A stretch of 64,000 bases of DNA, taken from NCBI GenBank assembly GCA_951406725.2, contig OX597819.1, positions 83,452,001 through 83,516,000 on the forward strand. Direction: 5' to 3'. A program made the translations under genes and the position numbers. Each line of letters starts with the position of its first letter. Positions within the stretch are counted from its first letter, which is position 1. Below the pieces are notes generated by a model that was not told the origin of the DNA, did not search any database, and worked only from the letters and a program-made list of their open reading frames with translations. Of this stretch, positions 52,866 through 64,000 are shown one piece after another. Source of the stretch: Octopus vulgaris. Its lineage: Eukaryota.

Positions 52866-53624
52866 GTAAGTTTAAAATCAAATTTAATACCTATCTCTTA
52901 TGAGGGTGTGATTGCATGAGAACGACTCAGGAAGAAATAATAGTCTAATTCATCAGAGAAGGCATACATGTATTAGACGATCTATAAAAATAGAAATGGA
53001 AAATAGTGTCAAATGTAGAGTCTATTGACAAATCATCAGTCCCCCATTCTTTATGATTTTATCAGTGTTAAGATGGCAAAATCTGTGCATGTTTGCTCAG
53101 AAAATCTCCCTTAACTGCTTTCACTTAACACTCATTGGTTCATTGAGGTAGAAAAGAGTACAGTTTTCTACCAAAATTAATATATTGTATTTGAAAGCAT
53201 ATAAGTGACAAGTTTTTTTGTCCAAAAATTTCAAAATGATCACACTACGAAGTTGAACCTTCCATAAGCTAATTTTGTCCCTGGGGCTCTTTTTCCTGAA
53301 CACATACTACTGAAATTGGAATGCTTCTAATATGCCCAAATATCTTTTGTATCATCAAATACAGTAAGCACTGTATAAATAACTTGGAGAGCTTGATTCA
53401 AATGTTCTCATGAGCAGATTGATACAATCTAATCCTCTCAGGAGCAAGTAGATAAAATCAAGGGAATACTATACAATGGAGACGTTTCACCTCATTTAGA
53501 TTATTGATATTCTTGGATAGAGTTTGAGTATTACAACTTTTATTTCCCTTCCTCTAAATATCTTTGGTTTCTTGCTGTTTAGGAGAAGGTAATGAGAAAT
53601 CATTCCAATATTCTTTCCATTTAA

Positions 53625-53824
53625 CCCCTCAAAAGTAATGCTAATTAAATCACACTACTATATATTAATAATGCATTTTCCCGTAACTTTGAGATTTTGA
53701 TGATGTGATTGCATATTTTTAGAATAACATTGTAGGATAGGTGTTAGAGGTTGGATTTGGCTGGTTTGAACATAAAACAGGTAGAATATTTGGGTTGGAT
53801 ATGGCCAGTTTAAATGCTAAAGGG
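53625..53824. mobile_element. piggyBac-type MITE, family 1
   Basis: ttaa|cccc ... aaatgctaaaggg|tttaa; the body aligns by eye with 61124-61343. Confidence 0.7.
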
Positions 53825-56204
53825 TTTAACACTGTCATATTATAGTAAGCAACATACACAATGTGAAGGTGTGTGTCCTAGTGGTTTAGATGTAGTGTTC
53901 ACAATTGTTAGGTCATGAGTTGGATTCACAGACCAGGCATTGCATTGTGGCCTTGAGCAAGTCACTTCATTTCGTGTTGCTGCAGTACACTCAGCTGAAA
54001 ATGAGTATCAATGACACCTTGGGAGTTAACCTTTTTACAGACTGGTACTCTATTAAGGATCTGAGTTTTGTATTTTCAGCCTATAAACACCTTGAAAATC
54101 TGGATAAGCTCTGAATGCATAAGCCTGTAGGTTTCAGTTAGACCTTAACTGGGTTTTTTTAATGAAAGACTATGTGTAGTATAAAGTCATTTTAAAACAT
54201 TATATTTTATTAAATACATTATATTGTAATCAAAACCCATAAATCAATAAAAATATTTAGATTGAATAGTAGACTGCTTTTACATGACCAATGTCAAAAA
54301 TTATATCAAACTGGGGTTTCTTGTTTTGTTGTGAAAAGAAAATGAATTTGTATTGTGGATAAATAAATATATAGATGCAGGCATGGCTATGTAGTTAAGA
54401 AGCTTATTCCCCGACCATGTGGTCTTGGGTTCAGTCCTATTGTGTAGCACCTTGGGCAAGTGTCATCTACTACAGCTTCCGGTCAAGCAAAGCCTTGTAA
54501 ATGGATTTGGCAGAAACTGAAAGGAGCTTGTCGCATGTGTGTGTGTGGGTGTGTAGGGACCAAGAGAGAGATGTGTGAATGTGATTGTGTGTACCCTTGT
54601 CAAGGCATCACATGATGATGTTAATGAGCTTCATCATCATAAAAATTAGACTGTTTATTTCCAGTCTTCTGTGACAAAATGTCTTGCTATGGGAAAATAT
54701 TACCTTACTTGATTCCATCTGACCCATGCAAGCATGGAAAAGTGAATGTTAAAAGATAATGATAGATATACAATTAGATGAGAATATGTAGCCAAGGTCT
54801 GTTACTCTTTTACTAGTCTGTTACTCTTTTACTTACTTTGGCAGAGGCAAAGCAAGCTTCTTAATCACACAGCCATGCCTGCACCTATGGGCATGTCAGC
54901 TCTTATAGCTGTTTACTTTTTTGGAAACAATGAATGTATGTGTGTGTGTGTGTATTTGGGATCTTTCTTAATTTTAACTTTATAACCATGAATGTGGTTC
55001 TTAAAATACTACCTATGTACATCTGTGTACACACACACACGTGTGTGTGTGTTGCACTAGCTTTATAAATTATTACAACTGGTATTTGAGTTTTTCTCAA
55101 TATCATGTTAAAAAATATGAGTATAAAATTGTATCATTGAATTCGAATTGTATCTTTGAGCATTACAATTCTTATCCCAGTCTTGTTGCTGTCAATTTAA
55201 GTAGTATGTCTTAATAGTTAGAGCTTAAAACATTGGCAAAAAGGTTTTTCAAATTGCTACGCATTTACTTAAAAGCTCCACTGAGGGTTGTTTTTTTCTT
55301 TTATTTATAGCATTAAATTTCTCCTTCCCCTCTTCACGGTAATAGACCTATTTTTCATATCAGAAAAACAAAAATGATGCTCGTCAGAACCATAAAATAT
55401 TGAATTTATCAACGACACCCATCTATTTTATAAAAACTTTCATCCACTACATCATTATCCTTATTAATAGTGTTTGTTACTTTTTGACAAATTCATAGAA
55501 AATTTTTACTTCTGCTTTAAAATCCCATAGAAAAATGTTTTAGTTCCATTTTCATTGCTCTGTTATGTTATTATCTACTTTTGCAGCTAATGATTTCCTC
55601 TTTGGCTTTTTCTGCAAGGGAATTTCCCTTAATGAGCATTTTATTTAAATCATTTTCACAGCTGTAGATGATACTATTAACTTTCGCTTTCCTTTCTCTC
55701 CCCCACTCACACTTATATCCATTTCTTTATTATATAACTCATGTGTAGAATATTTTTCTATGTAATCAAGGGTAGTCTCCCTTGCAGTGATCACTGTATG
55801 GAAAGTTCTTACTTTCCTTGCAGTGGTCACTCCATGGCAAGTTCTTTCTTTCTATTTGCCTATTTAACAGTAGAACAAATTTGTGCATCATTTATTGCTA
55901 AAGTATAGAACTTGAATTTTGTTTCATTCTTGACTATCAGGAGGTAAATTATGATAAGCAAAACGTTAAGTTATGCCTAGCTAATGCTAACAAAATTTTA
56001 TCTCAAATCATTTACTCCAGATTAAGGAACCTACATGACAAGACTTTTGTTAAGGATATTCCAGAATTTGGAAGTTTAAGCTCTGAGTTTATATACAATT
56101 TGAATTATGTTTTTTCCTTTCAACCCACAAGAATTTTTAAAAAATAAAGGAGTACAAATAGCATACCATCAATTTAGTTAATAATTACCCTTACTCTGAA
56201 AATT

Positions 56205-58830
56205 CATCATCATCATCATCATTGTTGTCATCATCATCATTAAACGTCAGTGTTGTATGTTAGTATGAGTTGGATAGTTTGACAAGATTCTATGGGCCAA
56301 ACAACTGCATTGAACTCCAATGTCTGTATTGACATGGTTTCTATGGCTGAATGCCCTTCCTAATACCCACCACATTATAGTGTATGTACTGGGTATTTTT
56401 TTTCATGGCACCAGCATTAGTGAGGTCGCCAAGTAACTCACAAGACAAGACCCCTCAATTGAGTGAAGTATAGTATTATTGAAGGTAGCTTTGTACCAGG
56501 TGTTGAGAGGCTAATGTATGATAGAACGACAGGAATAGGTGTCTTGTAAAGGAGATCCCCCAGCTGGAAAGAGAGAAAGAATAGTGGAGATGAAGTGTCA
56601 GGGTACAAGAAGATGGATAAAGGGAGAATAAAGACAGAAATTTGATCCTAGCTGGATGGGTAGGTTTGCAAGACTGAGAAAGGAGGGTGCCTGATGGTTA
56701 GAGATAGAGGTGGATGCAGTGAATGGTGACCAAAGGTGGAGGTGTGATCAATGGTGAATATCAGTTTGAAGGGATGATAAAGGAAAATAGAAGTGGGCCA
56801 GGGAGGAGGAAGTGATAGATGGAAGGACATAAAAGGAAAAATGGAGAGCATCAGTCATAAAGTCATAGATAAATGAGAAATAGAGAAATTATATAGTGTG
56901 AGGGAGAGAGAGGGACGAGCAGTAACTGAGATGTAGATCAGAGGTTCATAGGGGTAGATACAGTGAGTGACCAACAAATGTTGGGGTGCAGGTGTCAATG
57001 ACAGGTATGAGTGGGTGTTCAGGAGAAGGAAGTATTCAGTAGAAAATGTAGTGCTAAGGTATGATGTTGAGAATGCAGGATGGGTGACAAAGGAAGCGGT
57101 TTCAAAGAGAAGAATAAGTGACAGCACAAAAGACAGGATGAAATATATGCTTTTGTGTTCCCATGTAATTACAACCTGCAAGGAAATAGTACCATAGAAG
57201 GGAGATTAAAGGATGGGTGTTATGAAAGTGAGTTGTGGGTTGCGGGGAAGACTTGACAGGTACAAACTGGGTGCAGAGCATTGACATAAACTATATGCTT
57301 TTATTTTTGACCTCATTTTTGACAATCGTCTTAGTTTTGTCATCTCTTTTGTGAGACTCAACCTTAGGTCAGTCTTCGCTATTTTGTCCCACATTTTCCT
57401 TGGTCTCCCTCCACCACAGTTTCCATCCATATTTAGTGATCAGCTCTTCCTTATACAACTGTCCTCATCCATACATATTACATGACCATACTAGTATAGT
57501 CTTCTCTCTTGCACATTACATAAGATTCTTCTGGGCACAAGATTCCCCTTATGCCCAGCTTTTCTGTCAACACATTTGCATTTTGTTATACATGCACACT
57601 GACATTGTACATCAGATGGAGCATGTTAGTTTCATTTCTTTCTAATCTTTGCATATCTTCTGCATTCACGGCTCATGTTTCATTACCATGTAGCATTGCT
57701 GTTCATACATTAGCATCACACCATCTGGCTTTCACTCTGAAAGAGACAGGCTTTTTATTACCAACAGAGTTAATAATTCTCTGAACTTTCCCCAGCCAAT
57801 TCATTTTCTAAAACTACCTACTACCTCTAAGGATCCTCCTGGTTGTTTAAGAAAAACTATATCCTCTGTTTTCTTGGTGTTTATTGCTCTTATGCATCTA
57901 CCACAAACAAAGTTTATTCTTTGTTAATCTTCCTATAAATTCACTACACCTTTTATGTGTCCATAGTTTACATTGGGTACAACATATGGAATTTCTACCT
58001 ACAACTTTTCTCCATATCAAACAGGTCCATTTTCATCATTTTCCTGAAGGGATTAGTATATTCTGTTTTCCTGCTTACTAGAGAACTTTGGTCTTTACTA
58101 AACTAACTTTAAAGCCTTTTGATTCCAGGTTTTGCTTCCACCCTGGAATTTCTTTCCTAATTCTTCTACAGATTCAGCTATAAGAATAAGGTCTTCAGCA
58201 TTGAGCAGTTCCCTCAGGCAGCTGGTCTTAAATTCTTCTGTTATATCCTGGAGGAAGGTGAAAAATAGATTGGGGCTGAGAACTGAGCTTTGAAGGATTC
58301 CGACCCGCATATTAAATTTATTGCCATACTCATTCAACCCATGCCAGCATGGAAAACAGACATTAAATAATGATGATAATGATGACTCATAGCTTACTCT
58401 TACCTTACTGCCCACTCCCCTGTAAATGGCTTGGATGTCTCTCTCCAGTCATTCATCTTTCCTAGCTTCCACAACAACTACCAGATCACAGAGCAAGGAA
58501 TCCTATTGAAGGCTTTCTCCAGATTGATGAAAGCCAAGAAATTTGATCCTGCAATTGCTTTACTAGAAAGAGAGCATGAGTAGTACTTCTTCCGGGCACA
58601 AAACCAAACTGTATCTCATTCAGGCTAATTCTCTTCCTAATTAGTTGAGCAATAATTCTTTTCCTAATTTTCATAACCTGGTCCATCAATTTAATACCTC
58701 TTCATAACAGTTAGCAGTTGACTATAAAGCTGCTACAACTGCTGTGGTAGTTTCCTGTACAATCTGATTAACTATGTAGATGACTAGACCATATCCTATT
58801 CCATGAGATATTTTAAGCATCCCTTAAGCA
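56205..58830 (-). mobile_element. Degraded RTE-clade LINE (3' RT region, long 3' UTR, (GAT)n tail) in myosin intron
   Basis: Minus-strand fragments QFGFVPGRSTTHALFLVKQLQ, VGILQSSVLSP..LF, ELLNAEDLILIAES (decayed YADD) and GGGRPRKMWDK. They are followed by a pyrimidine-rich UTR and a tail ending in (GAT)n at 56205-56240. Boundaries are approximate. Confidence 0.8.
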
Positions 58831-58854
58831 CCTATTCAAAAAATATATATATAT

Positions 58855-59178
58855 GGCTCAGTGGTTAGAGCATCGAGCTTACGATCGTGAGGTTGTGAGT
58901 TCGAATCCCAGACCAGGCTGTGTGTTGTGTTCTTGAGCAAGACACTTTATTTCACGTTGCTCCAGTTCACTCAGCTGTAGAAACGAGTTGCAATGTCACA
59001 GGTGCCAAGCCGTATCTGCTGTTGTCTTTCCCTTGGATAACATCAGTGGCATGGAGAGGGGAGCTGGTATGCATGGGCAACTGCTGGTCTTCCATAAACA
59101 ACCTTGCCCAGACTTGTACCTCAGAGGGTAACTTTCTAGGTGCACTCCCACTGTCAGTCATGACTGAAAGGGGTCTCA
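58855..59178 (+). mobile_element. SINE family C (variant 3' half), well-preserved Pol III boxes
   Basis: A box TGGCTCAGTGG, B box AGTTCGAATCC, and the shared core gtgttcttgagcaagacactttatttcacgttgctccagttcactcagctg. Confidence 0.85.
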
Positions 59179-59383
59179 ATTTCTCAATATATATTACTAT
59201 ATATTTCTATATATTATATATTTAATTATTATTTATATTATATATATTTTTATATATTATATGTATTATGTACATTATTATAGTATTACTGTATATATAT
59301 CCATGTAAAATATACATTATATTATATATTATTTTTAGATTCATTACCAAAATGAGTTGAATTTTCTATCATTTTATTTATAG

Positions 59384-59582
59384 CTTTGCCATTGCTGATG
59401 CTGCTTATCGATCAATGCGAGGAGAAAATCGGGACCAATGTGTACTTATCTCCGGGGAATCTGGAGCTGGCAAAACAGAAGCATCCAAAAAGTTGCTTCA
59501 ATACATAGCAGCATGCAATGTTCATTCCAGTGAAGTTGAAAGGGTCAAAGATAGGCTTTTAAAATCCAACCCAGTTTTAGAG
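59384..59582 (+). CDS. MYO1C: Myosin I coding exon 3 (P-loop)
   Basis: Acceptor tttatag|C completes the Val codon, then [42 protein letters not shown]...LLKSNPVLE containing the GESGAGKT P-loop. Donor GAG|gtaagt. Confidence 0.97.
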
Positions 59583-59589
59583 GTAAGTG

Positions 59590-59742
<153 letters not shown>

Positions 59743-60149
59743 CAGTCAGGTGTTGAGAGACTAAAGTATGATTAAGGGAAAGCACAGGTGTCTTACTACA
59801 AATTAAATATATGGCAAGTCAGTATAGTATAAGGGTGGATGGAGGTAGCTAGAAAAAGAGCTAAAGATGTTAGTTATGAGATGCCAGAGTATCTCAAGAT
59901 ACAGAAGGTGAGTATGAAAGAGGATACAGACAGTGGATTAGGATGTGAGGTGAGAAAGTAGTTTCATAAGAGTATGAGGAGAGAGTATTACATGATTAGA
60001 TGTGAGGTAGAAGTGATTGGCTATGTGGTTAAGAAGTTTGCTTATCAACCATATTGTTTCAAGTTCAATCCCACTATGTAGCATCACAGGTAAGTATTTT
60101 CTACTATTGCCTCAAGCTGACTAATGCCTTGTGGGTTGATGAGGAGTGG

Positions 60150-60975
60150 TGATTCACTCTGCTTGAGAAGACCCATCCATCACAGCAAAAATGATGTTCT
60201 AAAATTACCTTGGTTATGCTTTTATATGTGGAGCCCTGTCTCCACTCTTCCTGCCTCATCAAGCCTTCCCCTAATTTTAGCCCCTACAACCCATAATTCT
60301 TTTATCAATGGCAATATTCAGCTGCTGCAATTATTTAAGAGCAGAATTTACACATATTACATAGCTTCTTACTTTGCACTTCCAGTTATTTCCTCCCCCA
60401 TGAACTACTTCCATCTTTCATTTACATTATCATCCCTTTCTATACCATTTACTACTGATCACCTTTCTGTGCCTTCAGCTATCACACTTTCTCTTGCCAT
60501 ATTCTACCTTAATACCACTCCTATATGCTATCATTCTCAATACACTCTCATATCTGACATTACACCCCTACTATAGCTCCCTCTTTATGTACCTCTACAT
60601 TTCCCTCCTCACTGCTTCTACACCTTGCTTTTTCCCCTATCATATTTTAATTTTTCAACACCTGATAGAAAACCACCATACCCCTCCCACATACACACTT
60701 AGTTGAGGAGCTTTTCCTTTTTTCCTTTTCTCTGCCCCTTTCCTGTCTTAAATATTACTTGGTGACTGCACTAGTGCCAGTAGCATGTAAAAAAAAGTAC
60801 CCAGTACACTCTGTATAGTCTTTGGTGTTTGGAAGAGCATCTAGCCATAGAAACCATACCAGAACTGACACTAGAGCTCAAAACAGCTCTGAGGCTTATC
60901 AGATCCTGTTGAACCATTCAACCCATGTCAGCATGGAAAACGGACATTAAATGATAATGATGATGATGATGATAA
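60150..60975 (+). mobile_element. RTE-type 3' UTR and (GAT)n tail fragment
   Basis: Pyrimidine-rich UTR, then ccagtacactctgta...ggaagagcatctagccatagaaacc...caacccatgtcagcatggaaaacggacattaaatgat(gat)n. Similar pieces at 24340-24686 and 33590-34260(-). Confidence 0.7.
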
Positions 60976-61123
60976 TGGTGATGCTGTGTGTCTTTCCCAT
61001 CACCACTTAACAAAGTGGTGTTGATTTGTTTACAGCCAGGTTACTCTGCAGATAAACAAAATAGACTGATAGAATAAGTACCATACTTACAAAATAAATA
61101 CTGGGTCAATTTATTTGATTTAA

Positions 61124-61343
61124 CCCATTAGAATTCAGATTAGGCTGTCAGATACAATGCTTATTTATTCACAATATTTTGAGTTAATCATGCATTATTT
61201 CATAGCTTTGAGATTTCAATGACCTGATTGTATACTTCCAGAAAGACATTATAGAGCGGATGTGAGGGACTGAATCTGGCTGGGTTGAACATAGAACAGG
61301 TGGAATATTTCGGTCTGATATGGCCAGTTTAAATGTTAATGAG
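61124..61343. mobile_element. piggyBac-type MITE (TTAA target), family 1, nested in a SINE tail
   Basis: TTAA|CCCattagaatt ... aatgttaatgag|TTAA. Homologous copies at 53625-53824 (ends aatgctaaaggg) and 14494-14706. Confidence 0.75.
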
Positions 61344-62043
61344 TTAACTCTGCAAGGCAGTGCCCCAGCATGGCCACAGTCCAATGACTGAAACAAAGGA
61401 AAAATAAAAGCTAATATTTTTTTTTTTTTTCATTTTTGTAGACTTAGTTTTTGGAAAGTAGACCTCTATAGATGTATTGAAAAGCTGGAGCATGATTCTT
61501 CTTATTTTTATTCGCTTTTTGCTGTTATTTTTACACTTTATTTTATAGCATTAATGTCACTCTCATTCTAAAAAAAATTTCCATTGATAGTGAAGGTATG
61601 ATCCAAACAGGGTTGGATAATAACTAACTGGACTTTATGATATAGGAAGCTTCTGTAAGAGAACAGTGCATTTTTTTAATCTATTCTTTTTCCTAGTTCT
61701 GCTAACTCTCTCTCTCTCTTTCGGAGAGGCACAAGCACCTACACGCACATATACACACACGGCAGTAACTTCCGCCTGCCAAATTCAATCACAAAGCTTC
61801 GGTCGGCTTGGGGCTATAGCGGAAGACACCTACCCGAAGTGCCACGCAGTGGGACTGAACCCAAAACCATGTAGCTAGGAAGCAAGCTCTCAAACCACAC
61901 AGCCATGCCCGAAGAAATTGGAGTTTCCTGATTGGTGGCTAGTGGGTGTGGTTATTATATATTGATTCTTCCCAAACACGTGAGAAAACAAAAATTAGAA
62001 GAAGGCTGTCCAAAAGCTCAGTTTGCAACCATATGGTTTTGAG

Positions 62044-62650
62044 CAGCACTGGATTAACCCTTAAGCAAAATAAGCACATGCTTAGGGCATTGAGGGAAGG
62101 GTGGGCACCACAGTAATTGTAAATAGTTTACGGCACATTAGAAATCATTTTAGACTTGCTAAAATAAATATCGAGTGTGCCTTTCCAAATGTAGACATTA
62201 CTTTTCATATATTTTTAACATTAATGGTCACAAATTGCTCAGCTAAGCATTCATTTTCTCAGTTAAAGTATATTAACAATCTCATCAAAACAACTGTGCT
62301 ACAAAGAAGGATGGATGCTTTATTTTTACTAAGAAGAGAAGCAGATGCATTACGTAAGATTAATTTTGAAGATCTGCTCAAAAACATTGCAATTAAAGAA
62401 AGTTGGAGAAAACTTTAAAGAAAGTTGGAGAAAACTTTAAAGAAAGTTGGAGAAAACTTTTCAAATATAAATAAAGTGGAAGTATACAAAAATAAACATT
62501 CTTTTCCATCTTACTGTTAGTTTCGTTTCATGTTGAAGGATAAAAATATATTTTATGGTTTATTATTGTTTATATTTTGGATTACATATGTGTGGGGGCA
62601 CTAAAACCTTTTGAGTGCTTAGGGCCTCTGTGGGTCTTAATCCAGCCCTA
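62044..62650 (+). mobile_element. Non-autonomous hAT (Tip100-like) element retaining the transposase C-terminal dimerisation domain, inserted in a SINE
   Basis: Perfect 8-bp TSD gttttgag at 62036-62043 and 62651-62658. TIRs cagcactggattaa / ttaatccagcccta. ORF 62101-62418 FPNV..IFLTLMVTNCSAKHSFSQLK is a decayed hAT ERSFS motif. Confidence 0.9.
62395..62460. repeat. Perfect 22-bp x3 tandem repeat (aaagaaagttggagaaaacttt)
   Basis: Directly visible; spans the stop codon of the hAT ORF remnant. Confidence 0.95.
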
Positions 62651-63139
62651 GTTTTGAGTTCAGTTCCAATGTGTAACACCTTGGACAATTGTCTTCTACT
62701 GTAGCCCTGGGCCAACCAGTGCTTTTGTGAGTGAATTTACTAGGTGGAAACTGTATGGAAGCTTGTTGCATATATATATATATCTGTGTTTGTATGTTTG
62801 TGTTTGTCCCCTCCACTACTTGACAGCTGGTGTTGGTTTGTTTACATACACATAACTTAGCAGTTCGGCAGAAAACTGGTGGAATAATTACCAGACTTAA
62901 AAATAATAAATACTTGGGTCAATTTGTTTGACTAAATCCTTCAAGATGGTACCCCAATATGGCCACAATCCAGTGACTGATACAAGTTAAAGATAAAGAG
63001 AAGGATATCTGTGAATGAGAGTGCTTACATTTAAATATGGAATTTTTTGTTTGCATATAGTTGTAGAAAAAAATTTAATTTAAGCATAATTTGAATTTAA
63101 AACATTTTTGAAAAAAAAAAATCTTATTTTCTTTTATAG

Positions 63140-63220
63140 GCTTTTGGAAATGCTAAAACTACGCGAAATGATAATTCTAGCAGATTTGGAAAATTTATGG
63201 ATATACAATTTGATTATAAG
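63140..63220 (+). CDS. MYO1C: Myosin I coding exon 4 (switch I); gene continues beyond the window
   Basis: Acceptor cttttatag|GCT, translates [27 protein letters not shown] containing switch [10 protein letters not shown]. Donor AAG|gtaagt; 81 nt, phase 0/0. Confidence 0.97.
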
Positions 63221-64000
63221 GTAAGTGGTACACATTTTAAAGTTGTAAACACAACTAACAGCTAACATTGTTAGCTGTTATGTGTGGATCTGTTTCACAG
63301 AAACTGAAAGAAGCCAACCATATGTGCATGTGTGTCTTCTTGCCTTGGCTTTGCCTTGTCATTGTAAATGAATGTCACTGTCATGTAAGAAGCAGTGTCA
63401 TTGAATTACAATCTTCCACAAAAACATGCCTGGTCATGGGGAATATTACCTTACTTGGAAACAGGTGAAGGTTGGCAACGGGAAGAACATTTAGTTGTAG
63501 AAAATCCACCCCAATAACTTCTATCCAACCCATGTCAGCATGGAAAAGTGGACATTAGAATGATGATGATGCTGATTATTTTTTCAACTCATTTTCTATA
63601 ATTATAATAATGTAATCACAACAGAAATGTGAAGAGAAGTAAACCAGTCTTTTGTTATGGACAGTTGTATGTAATTCTTTCTTGAACATGTTTACAGTTG
63701 GCATTAAGATAAGAATAACAGATAACGTTCAAGGTGGAAAAGACGACAAGTGTATGGCAAAGAATATAGTTTTCGAAGATGTTCTATCCTAAGACTGCAC
63801 TTTCAATACTACCTATGCAGACTTTATTCTGTCTTAAGAATCAGCACTTGAGGGAAAATGCAATTACAAAAGAAATTGTGTATTTCATAGCTCTCTAAAC
63901 TTCCAGCAATCATCAAGTTTTTCAAAGCCATGGAATTCCCATGGGTAACGCAATGATTATTATGAGGTTTCAGGTCTAAGTAAATATCAGATCACTCTCT

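Noticed and set aside
58855-58920. tRNA-like sequence with good A and B boxes (also at 12171, 50037 and 715)
   Set aside because: There is no complete cloverleaf or acceptor stem, and it runs straight into the SINE body. These are SINE heads, not tRNA genes.

Overview
This is AT-rich, repeat-dense animal genomic DNA. The SINE families and microsatellite style look like Octopus or another coleoid cephalopod, which is an inference rather than a database match. The only host gene I can support is the 5' part of a class I myosin (MYO1C/Myo61F-like) on the + strand. It has four phase-compatible GT-AG coding exons at 49370-49495, 52750-52865, 59384-59582 and 63140-63220 and continues past the window. 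The remaining sequence is intergenic or intronic. It holds a full-length but dead mariner, a near-complete CR1-group LINE ORF2 with two nonsense codons, RTE, L1/Tx1-like and probable Penelope remnants, hAT and piggyBac MITEs, and dozens of tRNA-derived SINEs. Almost all short ORFs in the track are microsatellite or SINE noise. The most interesting signals are four. (i) Three SINE tail types each match a different LINE present in the window, and one pair shows compensatory changes in the 3' stem-loop. (ii) One SINE head is coupled to two different tails. (iii) A fold-back element carries a minimal hammerhead-ribozyme-like motif. (iv) A 196-bp, 1-mismatch inverted copy of a SINE-dimer junction lies 1.6 kb from its twin. 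I found no convincing novel protein-coding system.
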